Source: an uncultured Candidatus Bathyarchaeia archaeon (GTDB taxonomy: Archaea; Thermoproteota; Bathyarchaeia; Bathyarchaeales; Bathycorpusculaceae). Taken from it: a stretch of DNA of 64,000 nt. Below the pieces are notes generated by a model, which searched no databases, was not told the origin of the DNA, and saw only the letters and a list, made by a program, of their open reading frames with translations. Numbering within the stretch: the first letter of the stretch is position 1; each line of letters starts with the position of its first letter. Where the stretch lies: assembly GCA_964489195.1 (NCBI GenBank), contig CAZAXN010000027.1:346-64345 (forward strand), written 5' to 3'. This document shows, in pieces, positions 55,442 through 64,000 of this stretch. Made by a program: the position numbers and the translations under genes.

Positions 55442-57661
55442 ATGGGACGCTACAAGCAAATTGAAGACATTGTCAAACTTATGAATAATCCAGAAGTAAT
55501 AAGAAACACAAGCATAATCGCGCATGTAGACCATGGCAAAACTACACTTTCAGACAGCCTTTTAGCTGCAGCAGGCATAATAAGCGAACAAACTGCCGGA
55601 CAAAAATTATTCCTTGATTCTTGGGAACTCGAACAGAAGAGACAGATGACTGTTTTTGCTTCAAACATAAGCATGATCCACATGTATAATGACAAAGAAT
55701 ACCTCATAAACCTCATCGACACACCTGGACACATAGACTTTAGCGGTGCAGTAACCCGAAGTTTAAGAGCAGTGGACGGTGCGCTTGTGGTTGTTGACGC
55801 TGTAGAGGGCCCAATGACTCAAACAGAAACTGTTCTTATGCAAGCACTACGAGAAAGAGTAAAGCCGATTCTTTTCATTAACAAAGTGGACAGACTCATA
55901 AGAGAGATTAAGCTGACGCCGGAAGAAATGCAGCGCAGATTTGCAAAAATTATTGTCAGAATTAACACACTTATTGAGAAGTATGCACCACCTGAACATA
56001 AGAAGGATTGGCAAGTCAAAGTTGAAGATGGCCGAGTGGCCTTCGGTTCAGCTCTTCACAAATGGGGGCTAAACCTTCCGCATATGAAGGCGAAAGGCAT
56101 AACGTTTAAGGAAATAATTGACGCTTATCAAGGAGAACAAGAGGAAATCAACAGAAAAGTTGAAGCATTAAGCAAAAAAGCACCGTTATATGAACCTGTG
56201 CTTGACATGTTCTGCGAGCATTTGCCAAATCCATTAGAAGCACAACCATATAGGCAAAGCCAAATTTGGCCAGGAGAAACCGAAAGTTCAGTTGGTAAGG
56301 CTATGGCGAAGGTTGACCCAAATGGACCACTCTTAATGTGCATAACAACAATTGAAGTGGATCCGCACAGTGGAGTGGTCGCTATTGGGCGCGTTTTCAG
56401 TGGGTGTGTAGAAAAAGGAAAAATTGTTAAGCTTGTTACTAGACATCAGAAAGGAACTATTCAACAGGTCTACATGAGTATGGCAACAGACAGAGTAATT
56501 GTTGACAGAATCCCTGCAGGAAACATTGCAGCCCTTTCTGGGTTGCCATCAGTTCATGTGGGAGAAACCATTGCAGAGGAAGGGGTTGAAACACATCCCT
56601 TTGAAGGTTTAAGATACGTTTCAGACCCGGTAGTCACAGTTGCTGTTGAACCAAAAGATGTCAAAGACTTGCCGCTCTTTGACAAGGTCATTCATAAGCT
56701 AACGCTTGAAGACCCTAATCTACATTTTGTGATAAACAAAGAAAGTGGGGAATATCTGCTAAGTGGAATGGGAGAACTGCATCTTGAAGTCACAGCTTAT
56801 AGAATGCAAGAGGCAGGGTTGAAAGTAAACATTAGCAAACCAATAGTGATTTATCGAGAAACAATCAGCCACGATTACAAAGGACCTGCAGTCATGGGTA
56901 AAAGCCCAAATAAGCACAACAAATTGTGGGTAACATTAGAAAAGCTATCAGATGAAGTCATAGAAGCAATAAAAGCAGAGAAAATCTCTGAAATGCAAAC
57001 GCGTGATGAAAGACAAAAGATTCTAACTAAACAATTTGGCTGGTCAACGGATGATGCGCGCAATATCATAGCCATTGAAGGCACAAATATTCTCGTGAAT
57101 AGAATTAAAGGAAGGCAATACGTTGAAGAAATAATAGATCATGTAAAATCAGGCTTTCGCGAAGCAGTGTACACCTCTGTTTTGGCAAAGGAACCTGCAT
57201 ATGGATTGAAAGTCAACTTAGAAGATATAATGGTTCATGAAGACCCTGTGCATAGAGGACCAGCACAGATACTTCCGATGACTTGGCGTCCAATCTGGTG
57301 CGCATTTTTGTTGAGTGACCCAAAACTGTTGGAGCCAATTTTAAGCTTCGAATGCAAGGTGCCTAATGAATTTGTAAGCTCAGTAATTGGCATAGTGCAA
57401 AAACGCCGCGGCAAAATCTTGGACATGATTAACGAAGAAGACATGATTATAGTTAAGGCTGAAATGCCAGTTGCTGAATCTTTCGGAATAGCAGATGAAT
57501 TGCGGTCGTCAACGCAGGGCAGAGCTTTCTGGGCAACCCAGTTTAGCCGATGGGCTCCTGTTTCAGAGTCAATGCAAGCAGACATAATAAAGCAAATTCG
57601 TGAACGCAGAGGCTTAAGCCCAACACCGCCAAGGGCAGAAGAATTCTTCGAAGAAGCATAA
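55442..57661 (+). CDS. fusA: translation elongation factor 2 (aEF-2)
   Basis: G1 AHVDHGKTT, G3 DTPGHIDF, G4 NKVDR, and the domain IV loop HEDPVHRGPAQ carrying the diphthamide His. Confidence 0.95.
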   Translation: MGRYKQIEDIVKLMNNPEVIRNTSIIAHVDHGKTTLSDSLLAAAGIISEQTAGQKLFLDSWELEQKRQMTVFASNISMIHMYNDKEYLINLIDTPGHIDFSGAVTRSLRAVDGALVVVDAVEGPMTQTETVLMQALRERVKPILFINKVDRLIREIKLTPEEMQRRFAKIIVRINTLIEKYAPPEHKKDWQVKVEDGRVAFGSALHKWGLNLPHMKAKGITFKEIIDAYQGEQEEINRKVEALSKKAPLYEPVLDMFCEHLPNPLEAQPYRQSQIWPGETESSVGKAMAKVDPNGPLLMCITTIEVDPHSGVVAIGRVFSGCVEKGKIVKLVTRHQKGTIQQVYMSMATDRVIVDRIPAGNIAALSGLPSVHVGETIAEEGVETHPFEGLRYVSDPVVTVAVEPKDVKDLPLFDKVIHKLTLEDPNLHFVINKESGEYLLSGMGELHLEVTAYRMQEAGLKVNISKPIVIYRETISHDYKGPAVMGKSPNKHNKLWVTLEKLSDEVIEAIKAEKISEMQTRDERQKILTKQFGWSTDDARNIIAIEGTNILVNRIKGRQYVEEIIDHVKSGFREAVYTSVLAKEPAYGLKVNLEDIMVHEDPVHRGPAQILPMTWRPIWCAFLLSDPKLLEPILSFECKVPNEFVSSVIGIVQKRRGKILDMINEEDMIIVKAEMPVAESFGIADELRSSTQGRAFWATQFSRWAPVSESMQADIIKQIRERRGLSPTPPRAEEFFEEA

Positions 57662-57731
57662 CTGCACACACTAAAACTTTTAACTTTTGATTCTGAAAGC
57701 TAACATACTTTCCAGTTTAAGATAATGATAG

Positions 57732-58013
57732 GTGAAAATTATGCTTGATATGTTGAACCTCATGATTTCGCTTATAATAGGAATCTTGCTAGGTTTACTA
57801 TTACGAGAAAAACAACATTTTGATTTGAGTAAAGTTACATTTGCAGCTGTTGTTGTGCTGATTTTTTCCATGGGCTTCACCATAGGCTCGAACAATGATT
57901 TGTTGGCTTCCATGCAGAGTATTGGGGTTAATGCAATTATCATTCTGTTATCATCTATCTTTTTCAGTGTAGCATTCGTTAAACTGGCTAGAAAAGTAGT
58001 GAAGTTAGAATGA
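57732..58013 (+). CDS. LysO/DUF340-family membrane protein, small subunit
   Basis: 93 aa with 3 TM helices. 4-nt overlap with the next gene. Together the pair is the size of a single-chain LysO-type protein. Confidence 0.5.
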   Translation: MKIMLDMLNLMISLIIGILLGLLLREKQHFDLSKVTFAAVVVLIFSMGFTIGSNNDLLASMQSIGVNAIIILLSSIFFSVAFVKLARKVVKLE

Positions 58014-58618
58014 TAAAATATATTTTGATAGCTCTTATTTTAGGTGCTGTTGCGGGTTATTTAAACAATAATTTTGGAAATCTCATTGCTAATAATTGGG
58101 TTTCTGGCTATCTATTTGACTTTTCCCTCATCTTGCTTCTGTTCCTCATGGGATTAGCCTTTGGACTTAACAGAGAAGCAATGGCGAAACTTAGAAAGGC
58201 TGGACTGAAAATCTTGGTCGTCCCATTTTCCATTGCATTAGGCAGCATCTTAGGCGGTTTGATTGGCGGATTAATTTTACGCATTAACGTTTTTGCTTCA
58301 ATGGCTATAAGTGCAGGTTATGGCTGGTACACACTAGCAGGACCTTTAGTTGGACAATTGTTTGGAGTAGAGTTTGGAGCTTTAGGTTTCATAGTTAACT
58401 TTCTTAGGGAACTACTTACGATAGCAACGATTTCCCTAACTGTTAAGATTGACAAGTACGCGCCAATAGCCTTCGGTGGAGCAACAAGCATGGACACAAC
58501 ATTGCCAGTAATCGTTCGATACAGTGGTTCTGAATCGCTTATAATGGCATTTTCAAGTGGCTTCACATTAAGCCTCATTGCACCTTTCACAATAACTGCA
58601 ATAGCAATGCTGGCATAA
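58010..58618 (+). CDS. LysO/DUF340-family membrane protein, large subunit
   Basis: 202 aa polytopic protein with GYGWYTLAGPLV and GGATSMDTTLPVI, which resemble DUF340 motifs. Confidence 0.55.
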   Translation: MIKYILIALILGAVAGYLNNNFGNLIANNWVSGYLFDFSLILLLFLMGLAFGLNREAMAKLRKAGLKILVVPFSIALGSILGGLIGGLILRINVFASMAISAGYGWYTLAGPLVGQLFGVEFGALGFIVNFLRELLTIATISLTVKIDKYAPIAFGGATSMDTTLPVIVRYSGSESLIMAFSSGFTLSLIAPFTITAIAMLA

Positions 58619-58726
58619 CAAAAAAGAGGACACACATACACTAGTTAAAAATCAGTCAATAACGTGTTAATTTTAGAAAATGCTAAATTCCATGTGCATT
58701 AATTTATTTTCTCTGGAAGTTGAACA

Positions 58727-59764
58727 ATGAGCTATAATGAAGTGCGCAAGGATTATCTTCTCGACCGCTGGGTTGTAATTGCGACAGAACGCGGACGCAG
58801 ACCAACAGACTTCGCCAAAAAAGAAAGACAAAAATCAAAAACAGACCTTTGCCCCATGTGTCCAAGCAATGAGCACATGACGCCGCCAGCGGTTCTTGTT
58901 TACCTAAAAAAGAGTAAAGGAATAAGGAAGACAAAGGACAAAGATGACTATAGACATAGAAATTGGCTAATTCGATGCATTCCAAATCTTTATCCTGCAT
59001 TCACACCACCCAAAAACAGAATCAGCAAAAATCAAATTACTAAAAGCAATGATTTAGTTTTGGCTGTGGGGCATCATGAAGTTTTAGTTGAATCACCAAA
59101 TCATAATGAGCATCCAGCAAATGCGAGAATGCCGCAGTTAATTCATGTCATAAACGCCTATATTGACAGACTTCGAACCCTTTCAGCAAAACCTTATGTA
59201 AAGTATGTTTCCATATTCCGCAACCATGGTTTGGAAGCCGGGGCTTCCCTTTCCCATGCACACAGCCAAATAATTGCAACACCATTTGCTCCGAAAATTA
59301 TAAAAGATGAATTAAAGGCTAGTAGGAAATTCTGGGAAGAAAACAAGAAGTGCATCTTCTGCGAAATCATTAAGAAAGAGTCATACGGACCGCGGCTTAT
59401 TCTTGAAAATCCACAATTTGTAGTTCTTGCCCCTTATGCAAGCATCAATCCCATGGAATTCTGGATATTTCCAAAAAGACATGAGGCTACATTGCTTGGT
59501 TTATCGCAGACCGAAGTGAAGGTTTTTGCTAAAACCCTGAAAGTGTGTCTTAATGGATTAAAGCAGTTAGTTAATGATCCCCCATACAATTATGGTTTCC
59601 ACATAGCCATAAACAGTGATGCCTCCGACCATTATCATTGGCATCTGGAAGTTTATCCGAAACTTGCAATTTGGGCTGGGTTCGAAAAAAGCACAGGTGT
59701 ATACATAAACACTGTAACGCCAGAAGCTGCAGCAGAAAGCCTCAGAAAAATTATTTCACATTAA
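58727..59764 (+). CDS. galT: galactose-1-phosphate uridylyltransferase-like nucleotidyltransferase (HIT superfamily)
   Basis: Zn site CPMCPSNEH, HHEVLVESPNH, active site SHAHSQIIA. Confidence 0.8.
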   Translation: MSYNEVRKDYLLDRWVVIATERGRRPTDFAKKERQKSKTDLCPMCPSNEHMTPPAVLVYLKKSKGIRKTKDKDDYRHRNWLIRCIPNLYPAFTPPKNRISKNQITKSNDLVLAVGHHEVLVESPNHNEHPANARMPQLIHVINAYIDRLRTLSAKPYVKYVSIFRNHGLEAGASLSHAHSQIIATPFAPKIIKDELKASRKFWEENKKCIFCEIIKKESYGPRLILENPQFVVLAPYASINPMEFWIFPKRHEATLLGLSQTEVKVFAKTLKVCLNGLKQLVNDPPYNYGFHIAINSDASDHYHWHLEVYPKLAIWAGFEKSTGVYINTVTPEAAAESLRKIISH

Positions 59765-61834
59765 CCCATGCAAAACTTCCTTTTCAAATTTAGGTCTAAT
59801 TTGGATAATATCCTCAACATAGGCTCTTAACGGTTCAGCAATACTCCACGCTTGAGCAATGCATCCTTTAGATGTATGCGGTGGTTCTCCATCGAACATT
59901 TCGCTTAGAGTCCCAAGCCCAACTTTGAAAATTTGTTCAGTAAACAATGGTAAAACAAAATTCTTCAGAGCATATTGACGTCTGTAGTCTGCATAACCTT
60001 TCGTTTTCAAAAAGGCTGTTATAAAAGGACCCTGCAGCCAAGGCCAAACAGGACCATTATGATAAGCTTTGTCTCTGCTTCTTCTATCGCCCGCATAAGT
60101 ACCTACATATTTTGGGTCGTTCCTTGCTAAGGTCCTCAAGCCATAAGGAGTTGAAAGCTCATTATGTACAATGTCAACTATCTTCTCATTTTTGCTTTTT
60201 TCAAGCATAGCAAAATCCAGAGCAACTGCAATGATTTGGTTAGGTCGTAATGAATCATCTTTAACTTGTTCATTGACAGCATCAAACAGATAGTTTTTCT
60301 CACTGTTCCAGAATTTTTCATCAAAGCTTTTTCTTGCCTTCTCAGCCATCTGCAGATATTTCTCTGCTTCACTCTTTTCATTGAACTTTCTGGCCAAAAG
60401 TTCCATAGTTTTTAAGGCATTATACCATAAGGCTTGGACTTCAACAGCCATTCCATCTCTAGGCGTGACTGGATGACCATCTACTACAGCATCCATCCAT
60501 GTTAATTGCGAACCATGCCTAAGCAAGCAATCATTATTCACGCGCGAAAAGTTTGTTCCCTTAACATGGTTTTCGACAACCGTCCTTAACATTGCCCAAA
60601 GCTGTTCTCGAACAAAATTAAAATCACCTGTGTTTTTTAGGTATTGTAACACTGCATTAATGAACCATAAAGGAGCATCTGCAGCATTATAGGTTGGTTG
60701 TCCAGAATCGTCTGGAATAAAGTTTGGAATTAAGCCTTGTTGGCAATGTTTTTTAAAGGTAAGGAAAACTTGCCTAGCATCTTCAAATCTTCCAGTCGCC
60801 AGCATCAACCCAGGTAAAGAAATAAATGTGTCTCTTCCCCAAGTCTCAAACCAATGATAACCAGCAATAATGGACTTTTGCATTCCGCTTAAATTTTTGA
60901 CTATAAACATGTCAGTAGCCAAAATAATCCAACTTAACCAATCATTTAAGGGAACAGTTGTATGCGTTTGGTAAAATTGTGCTAACAGATTTTCCCTGCG
61001 TTTCATCTCTCGCTCATGTAAGATTTCAAGATCACATGCAGTATCAGGCATTTCACTAAGAATTTTCCTTGCATTAATCTCTTTTTCATCAGCAACCGTT
61101 ATCAAGGCAAAATCTTCATTCTCGCCAGCTTTAGCATCCATTTCAAAAAATCCAAGTTGGTAACAATCATCAAGGCAACTCTCGCCACGCTCAGCCTCTT
61201 CGCGATAGTATATTTTTTCAATCCATCGTCCATTAGGATGATAGTGTCCACCCGTAACTTTCATTATCAGAATAGACTCGGGAACACCAAGGCTTACGCC
61301 AACTTTGTTGTCCTCTTTCTCAGCAAACATCCATGAGATGTTCTTTCTATCGGTGACTGAGTGAAAATGTCTCCAGTTTACAAGTGGGAAAATTCGAATT
61401 TTAATGTTAAAACCACTCTGATTCTGAATCTTATAAATGGCTATAACTGCATTTTTCTCAAACAGCATAAAAACAGTTTTTTCCACATTAACATTCTGCA
61501 CTGAATAAACGTATTTGGGAAAAGGCGAAATTGAAAATTCTTTCAAGAACTTGTATCCTTGCGGGAAAATTCCATTCTGGAACTCATTTGCAGCAAGCGG
61601 ATAAGTGTTATTCCCTATGCTTATCTCTTCATCTAATTTTGCAAGGCATACTCTACGGCCTCCGGGAGGATGAAAAGCAGCAACAAGCAGTCCATGATAT
61701 TTTCGTGTGTTTATGCCTAAAACTGTAGAAGAAGCATAACCGCCTAAACCATTCGTGATAATCCATTCCTTTTTTATTGCTTCATCAAAGCAAGAAAGCA
61801 TTTCATCTTTCAAGATAATTGAGGGCATTTTCAT
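59756..61834 (-). CDS. glycogen debranching enzyme (amylo-alpha-1,6-glucosidase family, archaeal type)
   Basis: 692 aa. N-terminal WIITNGLGGYASSTVLGINTRKYHGLL and C-terminal (alpha/alpha)6-like GYHWFETWGRDTFISLPGL ... AQAWSIAEPLR. Confidence 0.85.
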   Translation of the reverse strand: MKMPSIILKDEMLSCFDEAIKKEWIITNGLGGYASSTVLGINTRKYHGLLVAAFHPPGGRRVCLAKLDEEISIGNNTYPLAANEFQNGIFPQGYKFLKEFSISPFPKYVYSVQNVNVEKTVFMLFEKNAVIAIYKIQNQSGFNIKIRIFPLVNWRHFHSVTDRKNISWMFAEKEDNKVGVSLGVPESILIMKVTGGHYHPNGRWIEKIYYREEAERGESCLDDCYQLGFFEMDAKAGENEDFALITVADEKEINARKILSEMPDTACDLEILHEREMKRRENLLAQFYQTHTTVPLNDWLSWIILATDMFIVKNLSGMQKSIIAGYHWFETWGRDTFISLPGLMLATGRFEDARQVFLTFKKHCQQGLIPNFIPDDSGQPTYNAADAPLWFINAVLQYLKNTGDFNFVREQLWAMLRTVVENHVKGTNFSRVNNDCLLRHGSQLTWMDAVVDGHPVTPRDGMAVEVQALWYNALKTMELLARKFNEKSEAEKYLQMAEKARKSFDEKFWNSEKNYLFDAVNEQVKDDSLRPNQIIAVALDFAMLEKSKNEKIVDIVHNELSTPYGLRTLARNDPKYVGTYAGDRRSRDKAYHNGPVWPWLQGPFITAFLKTKGYADYRRQYALKNFVLPLFTEQIFKVGLGTLSEMFDGEPPHTSKGCIAQAWSIAEPLRAYVEDIIQIRPKFEKEVLHGLM

Positions 61835-62716
61835 TTATACCATCAACTTTGCAACGTTTCTTTCTTTAGGAACGCTGAAAAAGTTTGCTACCGGATTACA
61901 TTTTGTTCTAAAAAGAAGGACATGTGGCTTCTTCAATTTGTATTCTGTCAATGTTTCGGCGTAGCCCATTCCCTTTGCAAAAACCACATCAACAGAGTTG
62001 TAAACATCCAAAAACTGTGCTGAAACTTCATTCAAAACCAATCCAACAGCATCTGTGCCAGTAGTGATAACCCTGTCAGCGATTTTACTCATCCCAGAAA
62101 CTTCAGCATCCTCTAGAAGCGCATCATTAATTATTGGTTCACCTTTAACACAGACCGTAATGGTTAACCCCATGTTCTTCAACTGTTCAACAAGCAAAGT
62201 GTCAAAAACAATTTCGCCAGCATTATCAGTCAAATAAAGAATATGATGCGCTTTTTTAACCAATTCATATATCTTACTTGTATCATCGATAACCAAGTCT
62301 TTTCCAGCTTCTCTAAAAAGCTTTCTTAAGCCATTAAACGAGAACCTGTGACTGGGAATGTCAAACTCTATTACGTTGCCAACAATTGCACATAAGCATG
62401 CTATCTTGAACCTGTCTTGCTGCATATAGCCTTCTTCAACAAGCTTTCGCACATAAGGCAAAAGCTTTAAGGCTTTTTGATTGCTAACTTTTTTACTCCA
62501 CCCATATGGGTCAACATTACCTGTAATCCTCTTTATTAGGCGGTCTCTCTTTGTGCCCAAATCTGCGGGAACAGCAGTTGGCCTGAACTCTTTACTCAGC
62601 AACCTCAACAGTTCATTCATAGCTCTGAAACGCAAAGCAGGATTTGCTGTTGCTTCTATGGCTTCTGCTGCAGCCCTATTCATGATACATGCAGCACATT
62701 CAGCTTCAACTTTCAA
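61835..62716 (-). CDS. DUF89 / ARMT1-like damage-control phosphatase
   Basis: N-terminal ECAACIMNRA, central YLTDNAGEIVFD, later FAKGMGYAETL, typical of DUF89. Confidence 0.7.
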   Translation of the reverse strand: MKVEAECAACIMNRAAAEAIEATANPALRFRAMNELLRLLSKEFRPTAVPADLGTKRDRLIKRITGNVDPYGWSKKVSNQKALKLLPYVRKLVEEGYMQQDRFKIACLCAIVGNVIEFDIPSHRFSFNGLRKLFREAGKDLVIDDTSKIYELVKKAHHILYLTDNAGEIVFDTLLVEQLKNMGLTITVCVKGEPIINDALLEDAEVSGMSKIADRVITTGTDAVGLVLNEVSAQFLDVYNSVDVVFAKGMGYAETLTEYKLKKPHVLLFRTKCNPVANFFSVPKERNVAKLMV

Positions 62717-62733
62717 GATCTTTCAAACTCACT

Positions 62734-63450
<717 letters not shown>

Positions 63451-63502
63451 TTAATATTGTTTTGGAATAAAAAATGGTGAATCAGCGTGTATTATTGTCT
63501 CT

Positions 63503-64000
63503 TTAACGTTTAATTAGAAGTTTGCTTGGCACAAAGACCGCAGCAGCGATAGCCGTTGTGTACAATCCATTTTTATCTCCAGTTGCAGACTGTGTAATGT
63601 TAGTTGTTTTGATTATCAGTCCACTGGTTTTGAATAATTGTTTTCTTTCATCCCAAGCGGTTTCCGGATCAAATTGTATTCCCATGGTTGTGGCAAGCAT
63701 TGTAGCAGCTAAATCTTCCGCATAATCTCCTGCAACCTCATCAGTCTGCCCAAAAGAATGATGTTCAGAAAGATAGCCATAATTGTTCTTGCCTGAGGGA
63801 ATCGCCACACCAATTGATGCTGCGATCAATCTATGCGGCTCATTGGTTGAGTTTCTAGCCAGAACAACAAAGGTTATTTCGCCTGGCTTTATTATTTTTA
63901 ATCCGCGTTCTCTGGAAATAAGCTTGCAGCCTGGAGGAACTATGCTTGAAACGTTTACTATATTACAGTGTTGTATGCCTGCACTTCTTAAGGCTAATTC
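63503..64000 (-). CDS. pdaD: pyruvoyl-dependent arginine decarboxylase, N-terminus beyond the window edge
   Basis: The listed ORF starts at an internal Met. The same frame stays open to position 64000 and reads [33 protein letters not shown], which contains the Ser-Ser self-cleavage site. Confidence 0.85.
   Translation of the reverse strand, partial: ELALRSAGIQHCNIVNVSSIVPPGCKLISRERGLKIIKPGEITFVVLARNSTNEPHRLIAASIGVAIPSGKNNYGYLSEHHSFGQTDEVAGDYAEDLAATMLATTMGIQFDPETAWDERKQLFKTSGLIIKTTNITQSATGDKNGLYTTAIAAAVFVPSKLLIKR

Noticed and set aside
57235-57267. Checked whether aEF-2 is a diphthamide-deficient paralog, as reported for some archaeal lineages.
   Set aside because: The loop reads HEDPVHRGPAQ. 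The His-Arg-Gly core is intact, and this matches the usual archaeal form as I recall it.

Overview
This window looks like an archaeal chromosomal segment. It carries archaeal-type aEF-2, LeuRS, HisRS, a tRNA-splicing endonuclease, pyruvoyl arginine decarboxylase, a short archaeal TIM and an intron-containing tRNA. By eye the sequence is AT-rich, many starts are preceded by GGAGG, and genes are tightly packed with 1-8 nt overlaps.

Positions 1-38.8 kb form a large acyl-CoA metabolism island:
- an ADP-forming acyl-CoA synthetase and an AMP-forming acyl-CoA ligase;
- a Liv-type ABC importer;
- a 4-hydroxybutyryl-CoA dehydratase-like enzyme;
- two different thiolase systems;
- crotonase and 3-hydroxyacyl-CoA dehydrogenase;
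- four intact acyl-CoA dehydrogenases plus one decayed copy, with EtfAB;
- a three-gene 2-hydroxyacyl-CoA dehydratase module.

Positions 38.9-64 kb are mostly housekeeping: leuS, mtnA-like, endA, hisS, an RNA m5C methyltransferase with a PUA partner, a P-type ATPase, aEF-2, GalT-like, a glycogen debranching enzyme, TIM and PdaD. A patch of uncharacterised genes next to tRNA-Arg (41.9-45.7 kb) interrupts this part.

Main observations:
1. A tRNA-Arg(UCU) with two introns, one of them in the D-loop.
2. An EndA homolog that appears to lack the catalytic His.
3. Dockerin modules on an ABC solute-binding protein and on a secreted protein of an orphan operon.
4. A frameshifted hydrolase.
5. An acyl-CoA dehydrogenase relic.

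I recognised no CRISPR array, rRNA, transposase or integrase. All functional calls come from motif recognition by eye; no database search was run.
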